In this document: piece after piece, positions 36,817 through 64,000 of the stretch
How the letters are laid out: each line of letters begins with the position of its first letter
How positions within the stretch are numbered: position 1 is the stretch's first letter
From: Macrostomum lignano
Lineage: Eukaryota
Reading direction: 5' to 3'
Assembly (NCBI GenBank): GCA_002269645.1
Contig: NIVC01000933.1
Location: forward strand, 65,841-129,840
Length of the DNA: 64,000 nt
Made by a program: the position numbers and the translations under genes
Notes under the pieces: generated by a model
The model's database searches: none
The model's input: only the letters and a program-made list of their open reading frames with translations
Told to the model about the DNA's origin: nothing

Positions 36817-39800
36817 TTACAGCTCGCTTTCCTGTAACTCAGGTGTTATCTCTTCATACCCGCCGCCAGCTTGCCTTTCATTTTCGGCTTCGTTTGAAGT
36901 TGCCGCCGCAGACGCCGCCGCCAACTCTTGATCGTTTGAAGTTGCCGCCGCAGACGCCGCCGCCAACTCTTGATCGTTTGAAGTTGCCGCCGCCCGATGC
37001 TCCACAAGCCGTTTCGGCGGCAGCGGCGGCGCCCTGAACACTGGCGGCGACTCGCGACCGATCACGTTGTTGTAGGTGTCCTCATTGCCGTTTCTAGGCA
37101 GCGACTGCACCTGATTTATTATGACAGTATCACTAGTAATCTTAGGTCCCGTTGGCAACAAATAAAGCTAAAATCTCTTCTATAAAAAAGTTTTTAACGC
37201 AAGAAGCCTTGTAAAATCTCCATTGTTGTTTCTTAGAAATTAGAAAAGGCGTCAAGTTGGCTCGTATCTTGTCTAAGACATCCGCATCTCTATTGAGCCA
37301 TGGCATCTCAGCAACTCCCCATTGAGCCATGGAATCTCAGCAACTCCCCATTGAGCCATGGCATCTCAGCAACTCCCCATTGAGCCATGGCATCTCAGCA
37401 ACTCCCCATTGAGCCAATTGGCAGCTCAGCAACTCCCCATTGAATCAATTGGCATCTCAGCAACTCCCCATTGAGCCATGGCATCTCAGCAACTCCCCAT
37501 TGAGCCAATTGGCAGCTCAGCAACTCCCCATTGAGCCAATTGGCAGCTCAGCAACTCCCCGTTGTGAGCCAATTGGCAGCTCAGCAACTCCCCATTGAGC
37601 CATTGAGCCATGGCATCTCAGCAACTCCCCATTGAGCCAATTGGCAGCTCAGCAACTCCCCATTGAGCCAATTGGCAGCTCAGCAACTCCCCGTTGTGAG
37701 CCAATTGGCAGCTCAGCAACTCCCCATTGAGCCATTGAGCCATGGCATCTCAGCAACTCCCCATTGAGCCAATTGGCAGCTCAGCAACTCCCCATTGAGC
37801 CAATTGGCAGCTCAGCAACTCCCCGTTGTGAGCCAATTGGCAGCTCAGCAACTCCCCATTGAGCCATTGAGCCATGGCATCTCAGCAACTCCCCATTGAG
37901 CCATTGAGCCATGGCATCTCAGCAACTCCCCATTGAGCCATTGAGCCATGGCATCTCAGCAACTCCCCATTGAGTCATTGAGCCATGGCATCTCAGCAAC
38001 TCCCCATTGAGCCATTGAGCCATGGCATCTCAGCAACTCCCCATTGAGCCATTGAGCCATGGCATCTCAGCAACTCCCCATTGAGCCATGGCATCTCAGC
38101 AACTCCCCATTGAGCCAATTGGCAGCTCAGCAACTCCCATTGAGCCAATTGGCATCTCAGCAACTCCCCATTGAGCCATTGAGCCATGGCATCTCAGCAA
38201 CTCCCCATTGAGCCATTGAGCCATGGCATCTCAGCAACTCCCCATTGAGCCATTGAGCCATGGCATCTCAGCAACTCTCCATTGAGCCATTGAGCCATGG
38301 CATCTCAGCAACTCCCCATTGAGCCATTGAGCCATGGCATCTCAGCAACTCCCCATTGAGCCAATTGGCAGCTCAGCAATTAAACCTCGAAGCTCTCACA
38401 AGAATTTGGTTACTTGCTCAACTATCTAATTTGTTCTGGGCTAAGTGAGACTCAGTCAAATCAAAACACAAACCTTGGCATATTGCGCCTCAGCGTCCTC
38501 ATACGGACAATCCGCTCCAGAACCGCTGTGCAAGCCGGCAACGGAGTAAGCGTACGAGGCATTGTCAATGCTGATCGCTGACGAGTGCCCGGTTCGGGTC
38601 GATTGAGTCAGATGGTCAACGCTACGACCCTCGGCGGCTTGGTGACGACGGCTCCTGATCAACCGGTAAGCAAAGAAGACCACCACGGCAGCAATGGCCA
38701 GCAGCAGAGCGGGCACAAGCAGCCCAACCAGCAATCGGTTGTTATTGGCAGCTGACAGTTCCGCTTCCGTCTGGTAGCGCGAGGTGCAATTGACACCGGA
38801 CCAGCCCATGGTGCACAGACAGGTGAAACTGCCGTGCAGGTTGCGGCATACCTGACTGCCGTCGGTTTTGCAGGGTCCGTCTGTACTGGCTGAGCACTCG
38901 TCGATGTCCTGCTCACAACGGGGTCCGCGAAATCCTTTTGCGCACTGGCAGGTGAAGTTACCTGAGAAAGAAATTGATGCTTGATCTGAATGGCAAGAAG
39001 TTTCATCTAAGGTACTTTTTCCGAGACTGTTGCAACACTTTGCAGGTGATTCTGAGGCTACATGTTTCATGTTGTTGCATCGACTTGCGGGAGGTTTCTG
39101 AGGCTACATGTTTCATGTTGTTGCATCGACTTGCAGGAGGTTTCTGAGGCTACATGTTTCATGTTGTTGCATCGACTTGCGGGAGGTTTCTGAGGCTACA
39201 TGTTTCATGTTGTTGCATCGACTTGCGGGAGGTTTCTGAGGCCACATGTTTCATGTTGTTGCATCGACTTGCGGGAGGTTTCTGAGGCCACATGTTTCAT
39301 GTTGTTGCATCGACTTGCGGGAGGTTTCTGAGGCCACATGGTGAATGATTGTTGTACCATTCTGAGCCTATATGCTACACTACCTTCGTATGTACATGCA
39401 TTTAAGATCTAGATTTCATCAGGTTTGCATTAGCCTACCTGGAGGCGAGTTCACACAGGTGCCACCATTGAAGCAAGCGTTGGTGAGCTTGCATTCGTCA
39501 ACATCCTCAGTGCAGTTTTTTCCCGTCCATCCAGCCAAGCAGTGGCAGCTGTAGGTGCCGAACTGGTTGCGACAGGCGCTGGCATGTTGGCAAACTGGCG
39601 GCGAGGCCGCGCACTCGTCGATGTCCGACTCGCAGAAGGTGCCGTTGAACCCGGGGGTGCAGCTGCAACCTCCGGCGCCTGTGCCGGGAATGCAGGTACC
39701 GTTGTTGCGACACGGAGTATCTAGCGAGTCGCAGGCTGACAGTTTTGTCTCGCATGTTGGGCCTAATTTTAGGCGAAGTATGAGAAAATCAACTCAAATG

Positions 39801-42800
39801 CCATTGTGCTACTATCAGTAATATGCACCAAACTTGCTCACCTCCCCACAGACCAACGCATTCGCAAGCGAATCCCGAGTCCAAGTTGGCGCACGTGCCG
39901 TTATTTTTGCAGGGAGTTCGGCTGGCGCAGTAGGTCTGACGGCACGAGCTGACTGGATCGTAGGCTGCAGAATCATTGAGTTGTAATAATGATATTTTCT
40001 GTAATTTGTGCGTGCTCACAGATTCTGGTGTGTGCTCACAGATTCCAGTGTGTGCTCACAGATTCCGGTGTGTGCTCACAGATTCCGGTGTGTGCTCACA
40101 GATTCTGATGTGTGCTCACAGATTCTGGTGTGTACTGACACGTTCTGGTGTGTGCTCACAGATTCTGGTGTGTACTGACACGTTCTGGTGTGTGCTCACA
40201 GATTCTGATATGTGCTCACAGATTCTGGTGTGTGCTCACAGATTCTGATGCTTGCTCACAGATTCTGGTGTGTGCTCACAGATTCTGGTGTGTGCTCACA
40301 GATTCTGGTGTGTGCTCACAGATTCAGATATGTGCTCACAGATACTGGTGTGTGCTCACAGATTCTGATATGTGCTCACAGATACTGGTGTGTGCTCACA
40401 GATTCTGATATGTTCTCACAGATTCTGATGTGTGCTCACAGATACTGATATGTGCTCACAGATACTGATATGTGCTCACAGATACTGGTGTGTGCTCACA
40501 GATACTGATATGTGCTCACAGATACTGATATGTGCTCACAGATTCCGGTATGTGCTCACAGATTCTGTTGTGCTCACAGATTCTGGTGTGTGCTCACAGA
40601 TTCTGGTGTGTGCTCACAGATTCTGATATGTGCTCACAGATACTGGTGTGTGCTCACAGATTCTGGTGTGTGCTCACAGATTCTGGTGTGTGTTCACAGA
40701 TTCTGATGTGTGCTCACAGATTCTGATATGTGCTCACAGATTCTGTTGTGCTCACAGATTCTGATATGTGCTCACAGATACTGGTGTGTGCTCACAGATA
40801 CTGATATGTGCTCACAGATACTGGTGTGTGCTCACAGATTCTGATATGTGCTCACAGATACTGGTGTGTGCTCACAGATACTGATATGTGCTCACAGATA
40901 CTGATATGTGCTCACAGATTCCGGTATGTGCTCACAGATTCTGATATGTGCTCACAGATTCTGTTGTGCTCACAGATTCTGAGATGTGCTCACAGATTCT
41001 GTTGTGCTCACAGATTCCGATATGTGCTCACAGATTCTGATGTGTGCTCACAGATTCTGATATGTGCTCACAGATTCTGATGTGTGCTCACAGATTCCGA
41101 TATGTGCTCACAGATACTGATATGTGCTCACAGATTCAGATATGTGCTCACAGATACTGATATGTGCTCACAGATACTGATGTGTGCTCATAGATTCTGA
41201 TATGTTCTCACAGATTCTGATGTGTGCTCACAGATACTGATATGTGCTCACAGATACTGATATGTGCTCACAGATACTGGTGTGTGCTCACAGATTCTGT
41301 TGTGCTCACAGATTCTGAGATGTGCTCACAGATTCTGTTGTGCTCACAGATTCTGGTGTGTGCTCACAGATTCTGGTGTGTGCTCACAGATTCTGATATG
41401 TGCTCACAGATACTGGTGTGTGCTCACAGATTCTGGTGTGTGCTCACAGATTCTGGTGTGTGTTCACAGATTCTGATGTGTGCTCACAGATTCTGATATG
41501 TGCTCACAGATTCTGTTGTGCTCACAGATTCTGATATGTGCTCACAGATACTGGTGTGTGCTCACAGATACTGATATGTGCTCACAGATACTGGTGTGTG
41601 CTCACAGATTCTGATATGTGCTCACAGATACTGGTGTGTGCTCACAGATACTGATATGTGCTCACAGATACTGATATGTGCTCACAGATACTGATATGTG
41701 CTCACAGATTCTGTTGTGCTCACAGATTCCGATATGTGCTCACAGATTCTGATGTGTGCTCACAGATTCTGATGTGTGCTCACAGATTCCGATATGTGCT
41801 CACAGATACTGATATGTGCTCACAGATACTGATATGTGCTCACAGATACTGATATGTGCTCACAGATTCTGTTGTGCTCACAGATTCCGATATGTGCTCA
41901 CAGATTCTGATGTGTGCTCACAGATTCTGATGTGTGCTCACAGATTCCGATATGTGCTCACAGATACTGATATGTGCTCACAGATACTGATATGTGCTCA
42001 CAGATACTGGTGTGTGCTCACAGATACTGATATGTGCTCACAGATACTGATATGTGCTCACAGATTCTGTTGTGCTCACAGATACTGGTGTGTGCTCACA
42101 GCAGAGCACAGACTTTGCCAGCCGGAAAGGCAAGGACTACTCAAGTAGAAGTAGGAAAATTTGAGGAGGCAGGTTTTTTCCGAAAAATACACTACAGAGA
42201 TAGGAGGTTCTTATTTTTTAGCACAAAAATTAATTACTGCTTTCGATAGGAGGCCGACCCAATGTTTTCATCTTTTGATATTTTTGCCTTAGTTATACTT
42301 TTAGATTTACTAATATTCAAAGAGTTTTCGGATTCAGATTTTGGAAAATTATAGGATTCAATGTTAATTACATGTATCTCTGTGTTTGTCTCTGTGTTTG
42401 CTGCAACAGACAGGCTGCCACCAACTCACTTGGTAGACAGAGCTTGCCACCGGCAGGGCTGCAGGTGTCGTGTCCCGACGAACCGTCATTGCCTGCCACG
42501 CAGTACTTGGTACAATCGGTTGAGTAGAAATTTTCTAAACAGGCCACAGATATTTGCAGTGTAAGCCTGCGTCGAAGAAAGAGAAGAGGTCTTAGTTAGT
42601 AAGGTATGTTGCCTGTCGGAATACAGAAACTACGCTAGTACAAGCGCAATATTAGCTGTCTGCAGTCAATTCAAATCTCAAAATGCATTTTTGGTCTTGG
42701 CTTTGCACTGAGCATTCTGCATACAACTTATTGCTTACTGTGGAGAGAATTATGCTGAAAAGGACTTGCTTTGCCATAGTCTATGGTACAGCCAAGGAGT

Positions 42801-45800
42801 ATTGAGGTCGCCTAGTATAGAGTGCCAATAAGGATAAAAATCTATAGGCGACCTCAATACTTTGGGTACAGCCCATTCGAGAAACTGCGAGAGATGCTGG
42901 CGCCCCGGTGCTAAAGCCTCTGGTGCTAAAACCTCTGATGCTAAATCCCCTGGTGCTAAAGCCCTCGGTGCTAAAGCCACTGATGCTAAAGCCCCTGGTG
43001 CTAAAGCCACTGATGCTAAAGCCCTTGGTGCTAAAGCCACTGATGCTAAAGCCCCTGGTGCTAAAGCCCCTGGTGCTAAAGCCCCTGATGCTAAATCCCC
43101 TGGTGCTAAAGCCCTTGGTGCTAAAGCCACTGATGCTAAAGCCCCTGGTGCTAAAGCCCCTGATGCTAAAGCCCCTGGTGCTAAAGCCCCTGGTGCTAAA
43201 GCCACTGATGCTAAAGCCCCTGGTGCTAAAGCCCCTGGTGCTAAAGCCACTGATGCTAAAGCCCCTGGTGCTAAAGCCCCTGATGCTAAATCCCCTGGTG
43301 CTAAAGCCCCTGGTGCTAAAACCCTTGATGCTAAACCCCCTGGTGCTAAAGCCCCTGGTGCTAAAGCCCTTGGTGCTAAAGCCACTGATGCTAAAGCCCC
43401 TGGTGCTAAAACCCCTGGTGCTAAAGCCCCTGTTGCTAAAGCCACTGATGCTAAAGCCCCTGGTGCTAAAGCCACTGATGCTAAAGCCCCTGGTGCGGTG
43501 CTAAAGCCACTGATGCTAAAGCCTCTGGTGCTAAAGCCTCTGGTGCTAAAGCCTCTGGTGATAAAGCCCCTGATGCTAAATCCCCTGGTGCTAAAGCCCT
43601 TGGTGCTAAAGCCACTGATGCTAAAGCCTCTGGTGATAAAGCCTCTGGTGATAAAGCCTCTGGTGCTAAAGCCTCTGGTGATAAAGCCTCTGGTGATAAA
43701 GCCTCTGGTGATAAAGCCTCTGGTGATAAAGCCTCTGGTGATAAAGCTCCTGGTGCTAAAGCCCCTGGTGCTAAAGCCCCTGGTGCTAAAGCCACTGATG
43801 CTAAAGCCCCTGGTGCTAAAGCCCCTGATGCTAAATCCCCTGGTGCTAAAGCCCCTGGTGCTAAAACCCCTGATGCTAAACCCCCTGGTGCTAAAGCCCC
43901 TGGTGCTAAAGCCCTTGGTGCTAAAGCCACTGATGCTAAAGCCCCTGGTGCTAAAACCCCTGGTGCTAAAGCCCCTGTTGCTAAAGCCACTGATGCTAAA
44001 GCCCCTGGTGCTAAAGCCACTGATGCTAAAGCCCCTGGTGCGGTGCTAAAGCCACTGATGCTAAAGCCTCTGGTGCTAAAGCCTCTGGTGCTAAAGCCTC
44101 TGGTGCTAAAGCCTCTGGTGCTAAAGCCCCTGATGCTAAATCCCCTGGTGCTAAAGCCCTTGGTGCTAAAGCCACTGATGCTAAAGCCCCTGGTGCTAAA
44201 GCCCCTGGTGCTAAAGCCCCTGATGCTAAAGCCCCTGATGCTAAATCCCCTGGTGCTAAAGCCCTTGGTGCTAAAGCCACTGATGCTAAAGCCTCTGGTG
44301 ATAAAGCCTCTGGTGATAAAGCCTCTGGTGCTAAAGCCTCTGGTGATAAAGCCTCTGGTGATAAAGCCTCTGGTGATAAAGCCTCTGGTGATAAAGCCTC
44401 TGGTGATAAAGCCTCTGGTGATAAAGCCTCTGGTGATAAAGTCTCTGGTGATAAAGCCTCTGGTGATAAAGCCTCTGGTGCTAAAGCCTCTGGTGATAAA
44501 GCCTCTGGTGATAAAGCCTCTGGTGATAAAGCCTCTGGTGCTAAAGCCTCTGGTGATAAAGCCTCTGGTGATAAAGCTCCTGGTGCTAAAGCCCCTGGTG
44601 CTAAAGCCCACTGGCCTTTACCCAAGCGGAGCTTCTGGACCTTCAACAGGTGGCTCCAAATGATTATGGGCAATGGACACCCTGTTGCAAATTTCCCTGA
44701 TGTTTCTGGTCAAGCCTCAACTGCTGGGCATCCTCAGCAAGTCTGTCATCACCACGACGCCGTCGGCTCCTTCAACGTGTGACGCCAAGGTGCTATGAAT
44801 ACACTCGACGGAGGCTTTTTATCGTACACACCCTAAACATTTTTGACCCGAAGAGGAAAATATTTTAATATTATGAATACTCTTAAAAGTATTAGTATGT
44901 TAGTTGGCAAGATGCTTAGTTGATTAAACTATAAAATTGAATTAAAACTAAAAGGCAAACTCACGTAGCTCCGGACAAGCCGTCAGGATTCAGTCGGACT
45001 TCTTTGACATTTCGGAAGTCTCCATTGAGTCCGGCAGTTCCCACGAACGTGTACACGAATGTGCCCATGTAGTCCCAGGCGCCTATTGGGTCGAAATCGT
45101 CCACCTTCACATGGATTGTGAACCGGCCCTGTAGCGGTGACAGTGGATTGCTAATCTATAGCCATATCTGCTGGGTGAAGGAACAGAATGGATTGCTAAT
45201 CTATAGCCATATCTGCTGGATGAAGGAACAGAATGGATTGCTAATCTATAGCCATATCTGCTGGGTGAAGGAACAGAATGGATTGCTAATCTATAGCCAT
45301 ATCTGCTGGGTGAAGGAACAGAATGGATTGCTAATCTATAGCCATATCTGCTGGGTGAAGGAACAGAATGGATTGCTAATCTATAGCCATATCTGCTGGG
45401 TGAAGGAACAGAATGGATTGCTAATCTATAGCCATATCTGCTGGGTGAAGGAACAGAATGGATTGCTAATCTATAGCCATATCTGCTGGGTGAAGGAACA
45501 GAATGGATTGCTAATCTATAGCCATATCTGCTGGGTGAAGGAACAGAATGGATTGCTAATCTATAGCCATATCTGCTGGGTGAAGGAACAGAATGGATTG
45601 CTAATCTATAGCCATATCTGCTGGGTGAAGGAACAGAATGGATTGCTAATCTATAGCCATATCTGCTGGGTGAAGGAACAGAATGGATTGCTAATCTATA
45701 CTCCGGACTCTGGCAGCTCACATCATATTTGTCTCGTTGGATCTCAAGCGGGTTGGCAACATCGACCACTTTGTTGCCGAAGTATACGTCATTTTGATCG

Positions 45801-47302
45801 AGGCGCGGTCAGTCGTCCAGGAGTTCGAACGGCTGCAGGTGTTTGGATCAATTTAGACAGCTGCCTTCTGCATCTACTCAAGCAGGCATGAGTTGCTACT
45901 CAACTTTGTGCAGCTCTTCTAGTGTTTCCTCTGAGCTACTCTTTTGCACTCTGGAGAGTACTCTACTCTACTCTACTCTACTCTACTCTACTCTACTCTA
46001 CTCTACTCTACTCTACTCTACTCTACTCTACTCTGCTCTACTCTACTCTACTCTAATCTCCTCTACTCTACTCTACTCTACTCTACTCTACTCTACTCTA
46101 ATCTCCTCTACTCTACTCTACTCTACTCTACTCTACTCTACTCTACTCTACTCTACTCTACTCTACTCTACTCTACTCTACTCTACTCTACTCTACTCTA
46201 CTCTACTCTACTCTACTCTACTCTACTCTACTCTACTCTACTCTACTCTACTCTACTCTGCTCTACTCTACTCTACTCTAATCTCCTCTACTCTACTCTA
46301 CGCTACTCTACTCTACTCTACTCTACTCTACGCTACTCTACTCTACTTTACGCTACTCTACTCTACTCTACTCTAATATACTCTACTCTACTCTACGCTA
46401 CTCTACTCTACTCTACTCTACTCTACGCTACTCTACTCTACTTTACGCTACTCTACTCTACTCTACTCTAATATACTCTACTCTACTCTACTCTATTCAA
46501 CTCTCTATCCCTCATCCAGTTTCACCCACCGATCGGGAGATGAGATAGTGATGGAGAACTTAGGATCGCAGGCGTTATTCCAGGGATCGCAGTCAGCTCC
46601 AGCTGCATCCCTGCCATTGGGATTCGAATAGCTGATGAAGAGGACTCGGATTTTGACGCCAGCTGAGACGCCTGAAAACAAAGACTGGGGGAGCGAAAGA
46701 GGTCTTTTATAGTTTCAATAAAACTGCTTTTGAAAGACTTAGGCTACGAGCGTACTTGTTTTATTAATTTTTTAGTTATTTAGAATCACTCTAGGATTCA
46801 CTCTGGGATTCACTCTGGGATTCACTCTGGGATTCACTCTGGGATTCACTCTGGGATTCACTCTGGGATTCACTCCGGGATTCACTCTGGGATTCACTCT
46901 GGGATTCACTCTGGGATTCACTCTGGGATTCACTCTGGGATTCACTCTGGGATTCACTCTGGGATTCACTCTGGGATTCACTCTGGGATTCACTCTGGGA
47001 TTCACTCTGGGATTCACTCTGGGATTCACTCTGGGATTCACTCTGGGATTCACTCTGGGATTCACTCTGGGATTCACTCTGGGATTCACTCTGGGATTCA
47101 CTCTGGGATTCACTCTGGGATTCATTCTAATAAAACTCACTCTGGACTTTTGTACTGAAAGCACTTTACCCAAGAAAGTTAAATCTAAATTTATAATTCA
47201 AATCAAAGTAGCATTTACAACACTTACAAAAACTGTAACTATGATGAAGACGAAGACTATAGATTTCGCTGTCCGTGCAGGTATGAGAAATCTGTTAGAC
47301 AT
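36817..47302 (-). CDS. Delta/Serrate(DSL)-like type I membrane protein: signal peptide, C2/MNNL-like, DSL, 5 EGF, TM, Tyr-rich tail; one apparent frameshift
   Basis: Exons 47302-47228, 46684-46530, 45832-45722, 45128-44965, 42566-42430, 39964-39842, 39762-39439, 38961-38474, 37110-36817 (all GT-AG). DSL: CLENFYSTDCTKYC...GHDTC...GKLCLP; Ca-binding EGFs DIDEC/DVDEC; TM LLVGLLVPALLLAIAAVVVFFAY. Exon 3 is 1 nt short of the required phase. Confidence 0.85.
37290..38375. repeat. 29/31/37-bp minisatellite in Delta-like intron 8
   Basis: Unit GAGCCATGGCATCTCAGCAACTCCCCATT and variants. Confidence 0.95.
39035..39340. repeat. 46-bp minisatellite in Delta-like intron 7
   Basis: Unit GAGGCTACATGTTTCATGTTGTTGCATCGACTTGCGGGAGGTTTCT, ~6 copies. 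Confidence 0.95.
40010..42100. repeat. 20/18-bp minisatellite with ~770-bp internal duplication in Delta-like intron 5
   Basis: Unit GTGCTCACAGATTCTGGTGT; identical variant strings near 40566 and 41336. Confidence 0.95.
42793..42864. mobile_element. 72-bp element with ~20-bp TIRs and 8-bp TSD (P-like MITE)
   Basis: GGTACAGC-[CAAGGAGTATTGAGGTCGCCTA...TAGGCGACCTCAATACTTTG]-GGTACAGC; right TIR lacks 2 nt. Confidence 0.85.
42900..44610. repeat. 15-bp minisatellite (GCCCCTGGTGCTAAA)n with ~546-bp internal duplication, Delta-like intron 4
   Basis: Direct reading; GGTGCGGTGCT variant at ~43494 and ~44040. Confidence 0.95.
45140..45700. repeat. 45-bp minisatellite, ~12 copies, Delta-like intron 3 (same unit as 1742-2255)
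   Basis: Unit CAGAATGGATTGCTAATCTATAGCCATATCTGCTGGGTGAAGGAA. Confidence 0.97.
45957..46500. repeat. (CTACT)n pentanucleotide repeat, Delta-like intron 2
   Basis: Direct reading. Confidence 0.97.
46785..47122. repeat. 12-bp repeat (CTCTGGGATTCA)n, Delta-like intron 1
   Basis: Direct reading. Confidence 0.97.
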
Positions 47303-47719
47303 GCTCACTAAGTATCAAAGGTGTTGATACTTCAGTCTTGTATAAAGCAACAACTTAGCTAGCTAAAGTAAATAGAGATGGCTTGTGGGACTCATGCCAA
47401 GTGAGTTTCTTTACACACACAACCAAGCAGAGACACTATAAATAATGCTTTGCTGAGGAGCGCGTGTTTCAGTTGAGGCTGCAATGAACATCCAGCAATG
47501 TACATTGATGAGGCGAACGCGTGCCGACTCTGTTTACCGCTGCGGAAAATACGAGCGCAGTTGTGTGCTTTTTATTAGCATTTGATGACCGCGTGTGCGA
47601 GGGGCAACGCGCTGCGTTTGTTCTTGTCTTTGCGTTGCCTGTCTGTTCCTGTTTGACCACCCCACTGCCCTGCCTGCTCGTTTCAGATGCACCCTCACAT
47701 CTTGCTTTTCAGCTGTGCT

Positions 47720-48362
<643 letters not shown>

Positions 48363-49077
48363 TCTCTCTTTTAATAAATATAATGCGCATTAAAAGGCTA
48401 TGAGTCCTACTAAGTGTAAGTAATACATCTTGTATCCGACGCTATTATATTTTAATGCAGAAAGAAATATTAAAGTATAAACTAAGCGCATTCAACGAAA
48501 ATTTCTGACTCTTTTGTTAAGTCTTATTGGACTACTCTAAAGAAAATTAAATATCATAATGCTGGTACTGATTAGCAAGAACGCATCCCGATCGCCACGA
48601 GGAAAAAATTCACAACTCCGCTACAAGGCATTAAGACCAGAATCTTTATCTTAAAAAAACACAGAGTGAAAAACTGACCTAAACTCAGTGAGCAGCGAGA
48701 GGGTTAGACCGTGCCAAGCGAGTGAGCACTTGCTAGATTCTGATGAATAGCGAGCAAGGTTGAGAAATTGAAAACGGACTGACAGAGAGAGGCTCAGGTC
48801 GGGCAGAGAGGAGAGAACAGAGGCGAGAAGGCGAAGGTGCGTCAGGTGGCCGAGCGCACAGAAAATACCAGGGCAAGTACGCATACTGGCTGGCAGCAAA
48901 AAACGCACGGACTGGTCTAATTGATGATAGAAAAATGAAGTGTAAAGCGCTGCAAAGCGAGGTGCCAACCTTGATAAGTTGAGCTTCAGGTATAGTGTGC
49001 CAATGCAGTCCGGGGGCATTGAGCCATAGGAATTATGATTTTCTAGCTAATCAAAATAGCATCATCAAATCTTTGTC

Positions 49078-63877
<14,800 letters not shown>

Positions 63878-64000
63878 GTGCGAAGCGCCGTTTATTTATT
63901 GCTCTACGTTATGCTCAGTGGTGAATCCAGGCACGGGGGGCGTCAGTCGGCCCACATTTCCCCGTCCCACCTAATTACGCCCTGGATTCAGAAGAGGTTG

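Noticed and set aside
42230-42371. TTAATTAC direct repeat flanking a segment with one P-like end
   Set aside because: Only one end resembles the TIR and the 8-mer is AT-rich, so chance is likely.
42862-44049. 395-aa AKAPG/KPLVL ORF resembling a histone H1-like or adhesive protein
   Set aside because: Lies antisense within a Delta-like intron, is entirely the 15-bp satellite and switches frame at repeat indels.
44620-44790. Short GC-rich, codon-like segment after the 15-bp array
   Set aside because: No frame longer than about 60 codons, no recognisable motif or splice context.
47141-47154. 14-nt micro-exon with good splice sites in Delta-like intron 1
   Set aside because: Inclusion breaks the frame; exon 1 joins cleanly to the acceptor at 46684 without it.
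48651-49019. Minus-strand ORF with a superficial LINE RT-like start (PPDCI..LK..LAP)
   Set aside because: No downstream RT motifs; more likely upstream non-coding sequence of the smoothelin-Ig gene.
63925-63990. Small GAATCCAGG...CCTGGATTC inverted repeat (also CAGGGGCGTCGCC fragment near 15830)
   Set aside because: Probably MITE fragments, but too short and without TSD to call.

Overview
Eukaryotic (animal) genomic DNA with spliceosomal introns packed with micro- and minisatellites. The gene content and repeat style suggest a free-living flatworm such as Macrostomum (inference, not verified). I reconstructed exon by exon: a DEG/ENaC (FaNaC-like) channel (-), a GH47 alpha-1,2-mannosidase (+), an MZB1/Canopy-like ER protein (-), two tandem PLAC8/cornifelin genes (+), an orphan class A GPCR (+), a monofunctional PHM (-), a Delta/DSL-like EGF membrane protein (-), and the 5' part of a giant smoothelin-repeat/Ig-domain protein (+). 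Mobile DNA: an RT-deleted Ty3/Gypsy element with a 5-bp TSD, two ~800-bp IS630/Tc1 deletion derivatives with TA TSDs, LTR/PBS remnants, and three tiny (39, 72, 139 bp) CA..TG elements with 8-bp TSDs and related P-element-like ends. The most interesting signals are this P-like mini-element/footprint family, a 45-bp minisatellite found in the same orientation and phase next to the 3' splice site in two unrelated genes, and a channel that has lost both partners of two thumb disulfides and has a GMC filter. Several 1-nt-short exons look like long-read consensus errors. Most long ORFs in the supplied track are repeat artefacts. No rRNA, bona fide tRNA or CRISPR array was seen.
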